DNA of 64,000 nucleotides from an uncultured Gemmatimonadales bacterium (GTDB lineage Bacteria > Gemmatimonadota > Gemmatimonadetes > Gemmatimonadales > GWC2-71-9), in NCBI GenBank assembly GCA_963779755.1, contig CAVZZO010000001.1, positions 320,001 through 384,000 on the forward strand, written 5' to 3'. A program made the translations under genes and the position numbers. The notes under the pieces are model-generated. The model was given only the letters and a program-made list of their open reading frames with translations, was not told where the DNA came from and ran no database searches. Below are positions 9,312-21,991 of this stretch, piece by piece. Position 1 is the first letter of the stretch, and each line of letters starts with the position of its first letter.

Positions 9312-11359
9312 ATGCGTCTCGCCGCCTCCGCGGTTCTCTGCTGCCTGCTCCTCGTGGCCGGCCCAGAGGCTCGCGCGCAGAGCTGCCCCTCGGGGCCCAC
9401 CGCGCTGGTGCTCTCCGGCGGGGGCGCCAAGGGGCTGGCCCATATCGGGGTGCTCCGGGTGCTGGACAGCCTCGGCGTGCGCCCGGACCTGGTGGTCGGC
9501 ACCAGCATGGGGGCCATTATCGGCGGCCTCTATGCCAGCGGGTATTCGGCCCGGGAGATCGATTCTCTGAGCCGGGCGCTCCCGCTGGGGCGGTTTTTCC
9601 GGCCCTACCAGCCCAGCGCTCCCTCGGCCCTCGGCATGCTCCAGCCATTCGTGGTCTGGGAGCGCCGGGGGGAGCATTCGTGCTGCAGCGCTCGGCGGCG
9701 GACGAGCCGGCCATCAATGCCCTGCTGAACGCCGGTCTGCTCCGCGGGAATCTGCTGGCCCGGGGATCGTTTGATTCTCTGCCGATCCGGTTCCGGGCGG
9801 TCGCCACGGACCTGCGTACCGGAGAGCCGGTGGTGTTTTCCACGGGCGATCTGGCCCGCGCCGTTCGTGCCAGTGCCGCCATCCCCCTGCTCTTCGATCC
9901 GGTGCGCCAGGATGGACGCTACCTGGGCGACGGAGGCCTTTCGGCCAATGTGCCGGTCGGCATCGCCCGCGACGCCGGCGCCGCGCGGGTGATTGTCAGC
10001 TACACCACCGAGCGCGTTCCCGATTCGTTGAACCTGCTCTCGCCCGTGGTCCTGGCCGATCAGCTGATCCGGCTGCTGTTCCGGCAGCCGCCGGATTCGC
10101 TCGGGGCCGCCGACATCGCCATCCACCCCGATGTGGAGGGCTTTCAGAGCCTCAACTTCGGGCGGCAATCGGTCGACAGCCTGATCGACCGCGGGTACCA
10201 GGCCGCTCGCGAGAGCCTTCAGGCTGCTCGTTGCCTGCCCCGTGGCCCCGTCTCCGGACGGGCCCTTCCTACCCGAGTCGGCACCGTGCAGCTGCGGGAC
10301 GTGCGCATGGGAGACACGACCTATCTGCCCCGGATGGTGGGGGTGCACGATCACGGCCCATTGGAGTGGCGCGAGCTGGAACGGCGTCTGCTGCGCCTGG
10401 GCTCGAGCGAGGTGTATGATGCCGTCTGGCTCAACCCTCGCGGAAGCCGCGACACCGTGGATTTCGACCTGCAGCCCCGGTATCCGGCAAAGTGGGTCAT
10501 TGCGCTCGGGCTGGTGTACGACAACGATCTGGGAGCCCGCGCCTGGATAGGGACCGTCGATCGCAGCCTGCTCGGCCGGGAAACCGAGGGAAGCGCCACG
10601 CTCATGCTGGGCGAGTTGCGGCAGGAGCTCGACGCCGGCCTGCGGTATCGCAGCCTCGGAGTGCGATATCCAGTCCCAGCGCTGACGCTGGAGCTGGGCC
10701 GCGAAGCGGTGAGACGATTCGACAGCAACGGCGACGAGCTGCCCATCCTCCGGATTCACGAGGCCCTGGGCACCGCCGGGCTGGAAGGAGATCTGGGCCG
10801 GGGGTGGCGCGCGTTTCTGGGGGCGGAAGCCCACGTGTGGGAGGAGCCCGGCCGGCATGGCCTCAGCGCCGTCGGAGCGCGGCTCCGGCTCAGCAAGACC
10901 GGCCGCAGCGCCGAGCCGCTGTTCCGGCTGGAAGGGGACGAGACCACGGCTTACGGCCGGCTGCTGGCCGAAGGAGTTCTGAGCATCCGCCTGAGCCGCC
11001 TCACCATTCGTCCGCGCCTGCGTTACGGCTACGGCCGCCAGCTTCCTCCGCAGCTGGCCTTCTCTCTTGGCGGCGACGAGGGGTTTCCCGGCCTCCATAT
11101 CGGGGAGTTGCGCGGCGAGCGCGAGGCCCTGGGCGCGCTGGAGCTGAGCTATCCCATTGCCGGTCCCGTCCTCTTCCGGACCGAAGGGATGGTGGGCCGG
11201 ATCACCAGCGGGGGCGGCCTCTTTCCCGGCGGCACCTGGCGCACCGGTATTCGGGTCGGATTCGGCGTCGAGACTTCACTGGGGCCGATCCGGGTGGAAT
11301 ATGGTATCAGCGATGGGGGCCGGGAGGCGATCTTCCTGCGGGTAGGGCGCTGGTTCTGA
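9312..11359 (+). pseudogene. Patatin-like phospholipase with C-terminal outer-membrane beta-barrel (PlpD-like), split by a 1-bp frameshift in a G6 tract
   Basis: Frame A from 9312: signal peptide, [13 protein letters not shown]. Frame B after ~9670: ASAAIP, DGG, barrel strands ending VGRWF. One extra G at 9667-9672 joins them into 682 aa. Confidence 0.82.
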
Positions 11360-11424
11360 CACATCCCGGGCCCCGGCGCTAAATTCAGCGGGGCCGTCCC
11401 GCCCCTCTCCTCGTAGCGGATGCC

Positions 11425-13065
11425 ATGATCTCCATGCCGCGCTTTCAGCCGAGCGTCGTCCTGGCCGTTGCCCTCCTGCTGGCGGTGCCGGCTCGGGTGG
11501 CGCAGGCGCGCCAGCAGGACACGACGCAGGCCGCCGCCGATACGGTGTCGGTCCCCGCCGGCGCGCCGGTCATTTTCGAGGGCGATACCCTCTTCTTCCT
11601 CTATGGCCGCCTGGGGCCGTTCGGCCCCGCCGAACGGGCGGCGGGGGTTGCCCGGCGGCTGCGGGCCGACGCGCATACCACCGGGCTCCGCGACTCGGTG
11701 ACGGTGGCCGAGCACGAAGGCGTTGTGGAGGTGCTGCTGGGAGACGAGGTGTTGATGACGGTGCTGGCGGCCGATGCCGAGGCCGCCGCAACCACACGGC
11801 TCCTGCTGGCGGACTTCTATGGCGGAAAGATCCGCAGTGCCCTCCAGTCGGCCAGTGCGCGCTGGAGTCTGAAGGCGCTCCTGCTGGGGGGCCTCCTTAC
11901 CCTCCTCGCTACCGGTGCGCTCCTCCTGCTGCTCCGGCTGTTGCGGTGGTTCTTCCCCCGGGTTTACGGGAAGCTCGAATCCTGGCGCCAGACCCGGATC
12001 CCTTCCATCCGGGTGCAGCGGCTGGAGCTCATTTCGTCCAGCCGGATCACTGATTTCCTGATGGTCGGCGCGCGGGCGGTGCGGGTCGTGCTGACCGTCG
12101 TGCTCTTCTATTTCTACGTCCCGCTGGTTCTCAGCTTCTTCCCCTGGACCCAGCGGCTTGCCGGCCGGATCGTCGGCTACGTGACCGGTCCCCTGCAGCA
12201 GGTCTGGCTCAGTCTCGTCGGTTACCTGCCCAACCTGTTCTTCATCGCGGTCATCGTCCTGGTGACGCGATATGCCATCGCGGTCATTCATTTCTTCTTC
12301 CGCGCCGTCGAATCAGGAACCATCACCTTCCGGGGATTTCACCGGGACTGGGCGGAGCCCACCTTCAAGATCGTCCGGTTTCTGGTCATCGCGTTCTCCC
12401 TGGTGGTGTTGTTTCCCTATCTTCCGGGCGCCCAGTCGGATGCCTTCAAGGGCATCTCGATCTTTCTGGGCGTGCTGTTCAGCCTCGGCTCGTCGTCCGC
12501 CGTTTCCAACATCGTCTCGGGCGTGGTGCTGACCTACACCCGGGCCTTCCAGGCCGGCGACCGGGTCCAGATCGGGGAGACGATGGGCGACGTGCTGGAA
12601 CGGACGCTTCTGGTCACGCGGTTGCGCACCATCAAGAATGTCGAGGTCACGATTCCCAACGGCATGGTGTTGGGGAGCCACATTCTGAACTACACCAGCG
12701 AGGCGGCGACCCGGGGGCTCATCCTGCATACCACCGTCACGATCGGCTACGACGCCGAGTGGCGGCAGGTGCACCAGCTGCTGATCGATGCCGCCCTGGC
12801 CACCGACCAGGTCCTGGCCGACCCGGCGCCCTTCGTGCTGCAGACCGCGCTGGGCGATTTCTTCGTCTCCTATGAGCTGAACGCCACCACCCGGGCGGCG
12901 GGAAAGATGATCCAGCTCTATTCCGACCTGCATCGCAACATCCAGGACCGGTTCAACGCGGCGGGGGTGGAGATCATGTCGCCGCACTACCGGTCTATCC
13001 GAGACGGCAATGCTCCGGCGATGCCAGCGGGGACCAGAGATAAGGGAGAAGGGACAAGGGCATGA
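11425..13065 (+). CDS. MscS-family mechanosensitive channel with periplasmic N-terminal extension
   Basis: SLGSSSAVSNIVSG, FQAGDRVQIG, VTIPNG, TIGYD, GVEIMSPHY. Confidence 0.92.
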   Translation: MISMPRFQPSVVLAVALLLAVPARVAQARQQDTTQAAADTVSVPAGAPVIFEGDTLFFLYGRLGPFGPAERAAGVARRLRADAHTTGLRDSVTVAEHEGVVEVLLGDEVLMTVLAADAEAAATTRLLLADFYGGKIRSALQSASARWSLKALLLGGLLTLLATGALLLLLRLLRWFFPRVYGKLESWRQTRIPSIRVQRLELISSSRITDFLMVGARAVRVVLTVVLFYFYVPLVLSFFPWTQRLAGRIVGYVTGPLQQVWLSLVGYLPNLFFIAVIVLVTRYAIAVIHFFFRAVESGTITFRGFHRDWAEPTFKIVRFLVIAFSLVVLFPYLPGAQSDAFKGISIFLGVLFSLGSSSAVSNIVSGVVLTYTRAFQAGDRVQIGETMGDVLERTLLVTRLRTIKNVEVTIPNGMVLGSHILNYTSEAATRGLILHTTVTIGYDAEWRQVHQLLIDAALATDQVLADPAPFVLQTALGDFFVSYELNATTRAAGKMIQLYSDLHRNIQDRFNAAGVEIMSPHYRSIRDGNAPAMPAGTRDKGEGTRA

Positions 13066-13104
13066 CCATCCCCTGTCCCTTCTGCCTTGTCCCTGGTCCC
13101 CGCT
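13026..13104. repeat. Palindromic element built from heptamer repeats (GGGACAA-like)
   Basis: 12-bp terminal inverted repeat AGCGGGGACCAG/CTGGTCCCCGCT with mirrored 7-mer units; lies between convergent genes and overlaps the mscS 3' end. Confidence 0.8.
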
Positions 13105-13113
13105 CTTGCCGCT

Positions 13114-13686
13114 CTACAGCAGTCCCGTAAGGGGCGTCGCATAGGTCGCGGTGCGCGGCTCCGGGACGCCATAGCGGCCGTCGGCCGCATAGAGCCGTTC
13201 CCACACGCTCCGGAAACAGAAAGGATCGAGACCGTGGGGACGGTCCACCGTGAGGACGCCGTCCAGGTGGTCGATCTCGTGCTGCAGCAACTCTGCTTCC
13301 GGCCCCTCGAAGTCGGCGGTCTGCCAGTCTCCCCGCCCGTCCTGATAGTTGACCCGGACTCGATAAGCCCGGCTCACCCGCACCAGCAGGTCGGGAATGG
13401 AGAAACAGTCGTCCCAGACGTCGAAATCCTCATTGCCCACGTCGACGATTTCGGGGTTGATCATCGCGAGCGGCCGGGCCAGCTCGAGGTAGATCATCCG
13501 CACCGGCGCCCCGATCTGCGGGGCCGCCAGACCCCGGCCGCGGCCGTGGCGGGCGCGCAGGCCGCGAAGGGTATCGCGCAGGTCGTCGAGGATGATACGA
13601 ACCGCCGACGAACGGGGCCGGCTGATCGGCTCGCATCGGGACCGCAGTATGGGATCGCCCAGCAGTCGGACGGGATGCTCGCTCAT
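13114..13686 (-). CDS. def: Peptide deformylase
   Basis: LLGDPILR, GRGLAAPQIG, QHEIDHLDG; motif 2 reads DDCFS instead of EGCLS. Confidence 0.9.
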   Translation of the reverse strand: MSEHPVRLLGDPILRSRCEPISRPRSSAVRIILDDLRDTLRGLRARHGRGRGLAAPQIGAPVRMIYLELARPLAMINPEIVDVGNEDFDVWDDCFSIPDLLVRVSRAYRVRVNYQDGRGDWQTADFEGPEAELLQHEIDHLDGVLTVDRPHGLDPFCFRSVWERLYAADGRYGVPEPRTATYATPLTGLL

Positions 13687-13983
13687 GGGTACGTTCCGGA
13701 AAAGGCCTCTGCTCCTGCCCGCAATCTTGTGCCTTTCATGGAGGCGTACAATACCCCTCCACCAGGCTGAAGCGGAGCACACCATCCGCCGCCGCCGCCC
13801 CCACAACCTAAGTACATGTCCCGCTGCAGCTTGGCGAACTGCCGGAGAGGCGGCACCGGCCAATAGTAGTTGTTATAGATACTACTTATGAGACCCCGTT
13901 GACGCCGTTCTGCTGATCCATCGCCTGATAGTATCGCCACAAGTCTTTGCTTGATTACATCTTACGGATTCGCACCAAAAACA

Positions 13984-14023
13984 CAACAATATGTTGACAA
14001 ATGGGGTGCACCTCCCTTAGGCT
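13984..14023 (+). promoter_or_regulatory. Sigma70-type suf promoter with overlapping inverted repeat (candidate SufR operator)
   Basis: TTGACA (13994-13999), 18 nt, TAGGCT (14018-14023); CAACA-ATA-TGTTG at 13984-13996 overlaps the -35. Confidence 0.6.
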
Positions 14024-14032
14024 TCTGGCCGT

Positions 14033-14757
14033 ATGGAAGCCTCTGCACCGAAGCCTCGAGAGGGCGTGTCCCTGCCGGTCGGCCATCGCGGCCGTCGGGC
14101 CGATATCCTCCTCGAGCTGAAGCGGGCGGGTGGTCTCACCGCCAGGGACCTGGCGGGGCTGCTGGATCTGTCGCTGAATGCCGTCCGGCACCACCTGAAG
14201 GAGCTGGAAGCCAGCGGTGTGGTCGAGTACCGGCGCGAGCGGCGCGGCGTGGGTGCGCCCTCCCACACCTATGCCCTGACGGCGTCGGGAGAGGCCCTCT
14301 TCCCCCGCCGGTCGGAAGAGCTGGTCGGCCAGATTCTCGACTTCGCCGCCTCGGCCCAGGGGGTTCGAGGGGCCATCGTGGCGGCCCTGGAAGACCGCTA
14401 TGTGCAGATGGCCGATCGTCTCGAGTCGGAGTTGAGCGGCGCGAATGCCAATACCCGTCTCGAAGCCGTGGCCCGCGTGCTGGAAGACGAAGGCTACATG
14501 GCGGAATGGTCGGTGGCCGACGGCCGGATCCGGCTGACGGAGCACCATTGTGCGGTGCGCACCGTCGCCGAGCGCTTCCCCGAGCTGTGCGAAGCGGAGG
14601 CGCGGTTTCTGGAGCAGGTCCTGGGTGCCGGCGTGGAGCGGCGGCTGCACATCCTGGACGGTTGCCGGGCCTGTGAATATCACATCCGGTTCGATGCCGC
14701 CGGGCCCGACGGCGATGCCGGCGGCCCGCCGGCCGATTCTCAGCAGGCGGAACCGGC

Positions 14758-14761
<4 letters not shown>
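14033..14761 (+). CDS. sufR: SufR-like HTH regulator with C-terminal Cys ligands
   Basis: N-terminal HTH ([10 protein letters not shown]), [16 protein letters not shown] and GCRACEY; first gene of the suf operon. Confidence 0.82.
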
Positions 14762-16230
<1,469 letters not shown>

Positions 16231-16232
16231 GA

Positions 16233-16303
16233 CAGTAAGTGGGGGTAAGCGGTGAGCAGTACGCGGGTGCTCCCGCTCACCGCTTACTGCTCACCGTTCA
16301 CCG
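16233..16303. repeat. Heptamer-repeat palindrome (CGGTGAG/CTCACCG-like) between sufB and sufC
   Basis: Perfect 13-bp stem GTAAGCGGTGAGC (16245-16257)/GCTCACCGCTTAC (16275-16287) with further 7-mer units. Confidence 0.78.
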
Positions 16304-16320
16304 ACCAAGGAGTCAGACGA

Positions 16321-17066
<746 letters not shown>

Positions 17067-17070
<4 letters not shown>

Positions 17071-18377
17071 CCGGTACCTACCTCGACGACGCCGTCCGAA
17101 CCTCCGAAGGCGCCGGCATCCGGTTGCCCGCCTGGGCGCAGGCCCTGCGCGAGGAGGGGCGCGAGGCGTTCGGCCGCAAGGGCTTCCCCACCACCCGCGA
17201 CGAAGACTGGAAGTTCACCAGCGTGAATGCGCTGGCGCAGAGTTCCTTCCCCCGCTCCCCGGAGGCGGCCCCGGTCCTGCGGCCCGCCGGCCTGGCCCCG
17301 GCGCTGTTCGGCGAATCGGGCTGGCTCGAGTTGGTGTTCGTCAACGGGCGGCATCAGCCCCAGCTGGGCACCGGCAGCATGCCGGAGGGCCTCGAGGTGA
17401 TGAGCCTGCGCCAGGCCATGGACCGGGACCATCCGGTGGTCAGGCGGTACCTGGGGCAGCTGGCTCGCGCCGCGGCCGGCGGGTTTACGGCCCTGAATGC
17501 CGCCTACCTGGAGGACGGGGCCTTCGTGCGCGTTCCGGCCGGTGTGGCACTGCCCGGGCCGGTGCACCTGGTCTTTCTCACGGATGAGGCGGGCGAGCAG
17601 GGCTCGAGTCACCCCCGCAACCTCCTGGTGCTGGAGCGGGGAGCGGAGGCCGCCGTAGTGGAGACGTATCTCTCCCTGGGCACGGAGGCCGCCTACTTCT
17701 GCAACGCCGTAACCGAAGCGGTGGTGGGAGACAACGCCCGGCTCCAGCACCTGAAGATCCAGCGGGAAAACGAGGCGGCGTTCCACGTGGGCACCGCCGA
17801 GGTGCGCCAGGGGCGGGACAGCGCCTATACCTCCTTCTCCTTCGCCACCGGTGGCCGGCTGAGCCGGACCAATATCTATACGGTCATGGAGGGTGAAGGG
17901 GCCGAGTGTGTGATGAACGGCCTCTACCTTCCGCACGGCCACCAGCATATCGACCATCAGACGCGGATCGAGCACGCGGCCCCCCGCTGCGCCAGTCGCG
18001 AGGTCTACAAGGGCATTCTCGAGGGCCGCGGGCACGCGGTATTCAACGGGAAGGTCTATGTCCGCGCGGAGGCGCAGCAGACCGACGGCAAGCAGACCAA
18101 CAAGAACCTGTTGCTCTCCGAGCATGCCCGGGTCGATACCAAGCCGCAGCTCGAGATCTTCGCCGACGACGTCAAGTGCACTCATGGCGCTACGGTCGGC
18201 CGCCTGGACCCGCTCTCCGTGTTCTATCTCGAGAGCCGGGGGATCCCCTCGCCGGCGGCGCGGCGGATCCTCACCTACGGGTTTGCCGCCGAGGTGATCG
18301 AAACCGTATCACTGCCCGCCGTGCGCGACCGGCTCGAGCGGCTGGTGTTCGAGCGCCTGGAGGCAGACGCCGGCTGA
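17067..18377 (+). CDS. sufD: Fe-S assembly protein SufD
   Basis: [42 protein letters not shown] overlap with sufC. Confidence 0.97.
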
Positions 18378-18395
18378 GAGGAAGGCCCATTGGTC

Positions 18396-19643
18396 ATGAC
18401 TGCCACGGGTAACCCGCCCAAACCCGAATCCGCTATCCCCGGCGTCCGGGAGGATTTTCCCATCCTGGCCACCCGGGTGCACGGACACCCCCTGGTCTAC
18501 CTCGATAACGCCGCGACCACCCAGAAGCCGCAGCCGGTGCTTGATGCCCTGCTGGGGTTCTACACCAGAGAGAACGCCAACATCCACCGTGGGGTGCACC
18601 AGCTGAGCGAAAAGGCCACCCTGGCGTTCGAGGCCGTCCGGGCCCGGGTCCGGCGGTTCGTCAACGCCCGGGACAGCCGGGAAATCGTCTTCCTGCGCGG
18701 CGCGACCGAGGCGGTGAATCTGGTGGCGTTTTCCTGGGGCCGCGCCAACGTCCATGAGGGCGATGAGCTGGTCGTTTCCGGGATGGAGCACCACTCGAAC
18801 TTCGTCCCCTGGCAGATCCTGGCCCGCGACACCGGGGCCACGCTGCGGATTCTGGCGGTTCAGGAGGACGGAACGCTCGATCTGGACCAGGCGCGGCGCC
18901 TGATCGGCGAGCGGACCCGCCTGGTGGCGGTGGCGCACGTCTCCAACGTGCTGGGAACCATCAACCCGGTCCGGCAGTTGGCCGACCTGGCGCATGCGGC
19001 CGGCGCGCTGATTCTGGTGGACGGCGCGCAGGCGGCGGTGCATGTGCCTGTGGATGTGGAGGCGCTGGGCGCCGATTTCTTCGTTTGCTCCGGGCACAAG
19101 ATGCTGGGGCCCACCGGCAGCGGCTTTCTCTACGGACGGGCCGGTCTGCTGGAGGCGATGCCGCCCTGGCAGACCGGCGGCGGGATGATCTCGCGGGTGG
19201 GCCTGGAGAAGACCACGTTTGCTCCCATTCCCCAGCGATTCGAGGCGGGTACGCCCGCGATCGGCGAGGTCATCGGGCTTGGCGCCGCGATAGACTATCT
19301 CGCCGGCGTCGGGTTCGAAGCCATCACGCGGCACGAGCGCGATCTCCTGGCCTACGCCCATGAGCGGCTGGCCCGGGTGCCCGGCCTGCGCATCTTCGGG
19401 ACAGCCGCGGAGAAGACCGGGGTGGTATCCTTCGCCCTGGAAGGGTGCCACCCTCACGATATCGGCACCATTCTCGACCGCGAGGGCGTGGCCATCCGGG
19501 CGGGGCATCATTGTGCCCAGCCCCTGATGGAGCGCTTCGGGGTGCCGGCCATGGCCAGGGCTTCGTTCTGTCTCTACAACAACCGACAGGACGTGGACGC
19601 GCTGGTGCACGGACTGGAGCGGGTCCGGAAGGTCCTGGGCTGA
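18396..19643 (+). CDS. sufS: Cysteine desulfurase SufS
   Basis: YLDNAATTQKP, EHHSN, SGHKMLGP (PLP Lys), RAGHHCAQP. Confidence 0.98.
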   Translation: MTATGNPPKPESAIPGVREDFPILATRVHGHPLVYLDNAATTQKPQPVLDALLGFYTRENANIHRGVHQLSEKATLAFEAVRARVRRFVNARDSREIVFLRGATEAVNLVAFSWGRANVHEGDELVVSGMEHHSNFVPWQILARDTGATLRILAVQEDGTLDLDQARRLIGERTRLVAVAHVSNVLGTINPVRQLADLAHAAGALILVDGAQAAVHVPVDVEALGADFFVCSGHKMLGPTGSGFLYGRAGLLEAMPPWQTGGGMISRVGLEKTTFAPIPQRFEAGTPAIGEVIGLGAAIDYLAGVGFEAITRHERDLLAYAHERLARVPGLRIFGTAAEKTGVVSFALEGCHPHDIGTILDREGVAIRAGHHCAQPLMERFGVPAMARASFCLYNNRQDVDALVHGLERVRKVLG

Positions 19644-20110
19644 TGGCGGAACTCGACGAGCTGTACCAGTCGGTCATCCTCGACCATAACCGCAATCCCC
19701 GGAACTTCCGGCAGATCCCGGATGCCGCGGGTGAGGCGGAGGGCTACAATCCGCTCTGCGGCGACCAGCTCAAGGTCTGGCTGCAGACCGAGGGGGACCG
19801 CATCACCGACGTGAGCTTCGAGGGGAGCGGATGCGCCATCTCCCGGGCCTCGGCCTCGATGATGACCGCGGCGGTGAAGGGCAAGACCCGAGCCGAGGTC
19901 GAGGCGATGTTCGAGCTGTTTCACCGGCTTGTCACGGGCCGCCTGCCGCCCGACCAGCAGCGCTCGGCGCTGGGCAAGCTCGCGGTCTTCGCCGGGGTGT
20001 CGGAGTTCCCCATCCGGGTGAAGTGCGCCAGCCTGGCCTGGCATGCGCTGAAGGCCGCGCTGGCAGGCAGGCAGGCGGTCAGCACCGACACGGTGGACGA
20101 GGAGCGGTAG
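19643..20110 (+). CDS. sufU: SufU-type sulfur acceptor (NifU-like)
   Basis: LYQSVILDH, NPLCGD, GCAISRAS, RVKCASLAW. Confidence 0.96.
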   Translation: MAELDELYQSVILDHNRNPRNFRQIPDAAGEAEGYNPLCGDQLKVWLQTEGDRITDVSFEGSGCAISRASASMMTAAVKGKTRAEVEAMFELFHRLVTGRLPPDQQRSALGKLAVFAGVSEFPIRVKCASLAWHALKAALAGRQAVSTDTVDEER

Positions 20111-20165
20111 TCCCGGTCGTCAGTTGTGAACCTCTGGATATTGGTCGCTCAGACTGGAGTGGAAA

Positions 20166-20597
20166 ATGCCGTACGATGAACGCTTGGTCGCGCCCATGCG
20201 CGCGGAAGTCACCGACATGGGAGTCCGCGAGCTCCGCACTCCCGAAGAGGTCGACAGGGTGTTGGGGGATGCGCCCGGCACCGTGCTGGTCTTCGTGAAT
20301 TCTGTCTGCGGCTGCGCGGCCGGGAATGCCCGGCCGGCGCTGCGACAGGCCCTGAAACACGGGACGGTCCCCCAGAGCACCGTCAGCGTCTTCGCGGGGC
20401 AGGATACCCAAGCGACGCAGCGCGCCCGGCAGTACTTCGCCCAGTATCAGCCCAGCTCGCCCAGCTTTGCCCTGCTGCGCGAGGGCGAGCCGGTGGCCAT
20501 GGTCCACCGGCACCAGATCGAAGGCCAGCCCCCCGAAGCAGTCGCCCGGCGGCTGACGGATATCTTCGACAAGTTCTGCGCGGCGGAGGTCGGATGA
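20166..20597 (+). CDS. BrxA/BrxB-family bacilliredoxin
   Basis: VNSVCGCAAGNARP (CGC motif), VFAGQD, PSSPSFAL, HRHQIEG. Confidence 0.92.
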   Translation: MPYDERLVAPMRAEVTDMGVRELRTPEEVDRVLGDAPGTVLVFVNSVCGCAAGNARPALRQALKHGTVPQSTVSVFAGQDTQATQRARQYFAQYQPSSPSFALLREGEPVAMVHRHQIEGQPPEAVARRLTDIFDKFCAAEVG

Positions 20598-20881
20598 GCG
20601 GGCACGTCTTTCACCCGGGCCATGACGCCCTGCATGGCGTCACGGTCGTCCTGGAGACGACCGGCATACGCACCTACGTCGGCCGCTTCGACAAACGCGA
20701 GGCCGGCGTAGTGCACCTGTTGCAGGTCGGCATTCATGAGTCGGCCTCGGCGCCGGAACCGCGCGAGGCTTACCTGCGGCAGGCGGATGAATTCGGTGTC
20801 AGGGTGGATCGGCCGCACGTGACCGTGCCGGAGTCCGAGATCGTCCGCATCACGCCGCTGGGAGAGTTCGCGGCCGGGTAA
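20594..20881 (+). CDS. Hypothetical protein, His-rich N-terminus, possibly Sm/LSm-like beta fold
   Basis: ATGA overlap with brx gene, GGAGG RBS, typical codon usage. Confidence 0.75.
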   Translation: MSGHVFHPGHDALHGVTVVLETTGIRTYVGRFDKREAGVVHLLQVGIHESASAPEPREAYLRQADEFGVRVDRPHVTVPESEIVRITPLGEFAAG

Positions 20882-21040
20882 GGGCCGGAACGGCCAGGGA
20901 AAACAGCAGGGGAATCTGGGAAGCTCACTTTCCCGGGTTCCCCTTTCTTTTTCCCGCGGTCGGCACGATCGAGAGCCCCCGGCTATCTTCTTGCCGTACT
21001 CCGGCGTAAATACACGTTTCGCCTCCGGCCAGGACGGGCC

Positions 21041-21991
21041 ATGTCTGCCAACGTTCTCGAATTGTCGCACGTCACCAAGCGCTATTCCGGTCATGTGGCA
21101 GTCGATGACTTGGATCTCGCGGTCCCCGCGGGCGGAATCTTCGGGCTGCTGGGGCCGAACGGGGCGGGGAAGACGACCACCATCCGGATGATCATGAACA
21201 TCCTGACTCCGGATGACGGAACGGTCACCCTGTTCGGGGGCGGCGGGTCGGGCCGGGACTATTCCAACCGGATCGGCTACCTGCCCGAGGAACGCGGCCT
21301 CTATCCCAGGATGAAGGTGCTGGACCAGCTCACCTTCCTGGGCGAAACCAAGGGCATCAAGCGCGCCACGGCCGCCGGGCGGGCGAAGCACTGGCTCGAG
21401 CGGCTGGGACTCGCCGAGTGGGGCCAGCGCAAGGTACAGGATCTCTCCAAGGGCATGCAGCAGAAGGTCCAGTTCATCGGCGCCCTGATGCACGAGCCGG
21501 ATCTGGTCATTCTGGATGAGCCCTTCAGCGGCCTGGATCCGGTGAACAGCCAGGTCATGAAGGATATCGTGGTGGAGACCGCCCGCTCCGGGCGCACCGT
21601 CATCTTCTCCACCCACATCATGGAGCAGGCGGAGCGGATGTGCGACCGGATCGCCATCATCGCCCGCGGGCGCAAGGTGCTGGATGGCACGCTGACGGAG
21701 ATCAAGCGTTCGACCGGTCATCTCAACGTGATGCTCGCCTTCAGCCGGGAACCGTCCCTGGCCCGGCCGGTCCTTCAGAATCGCAGCCTGATTGGCCGCA
21801 TCGACGATTACGGCTCCAGTGCCGAGGTCGAGCTGGCCCCCGGCGCCGATGCGGAGCAGCTGCTGCGCGATCTGGTCGCGACGGGTGTCGGCCTCAGCCG
21901 CTTCGAGGTGGTGGAGCCTTCTCTCCAGTCCATCTTCATCGCCCGTGTCGGCGCCGATGCGGCGGCTGCGCCGGCAGAGGTTTCGGCATGA
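21041..21991 (+). CDS. ABC-2 type exporter ATP-binding subunit
   Basis: GPNGAGKTT, YLPEERGLY, LSKGMQQK, LDEPFSGLDP. Confidence 0.95.
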   Translation: MSANVLELSHVTKRYSGHVAVDDLDLAVPAGGIFGLLGPNGAGKTTTIRMIMNILTPDDGTVTLFGGGGSGRDYSNRIGYLPEERGLYPRMKVLDQLTFLGETKGIKRATAAGRAKHWLERLGLAEWGQRKVQDLSKGMQQKVQFIGALMHEPDLVILDEPFSGLDPVNSQVMKDIVVETARSGRTVIFSTHIMEQAERMCDRIAIIARGRKVLDGTLTEIKRSTGHLNVMLAFSREPSLARPVLQNRSLIGRIDDYGSSAEVELAPGADAEQLLRDLVATGVGLSRFEVVEPSLQSIFIARVGADAAAAPAEVSA

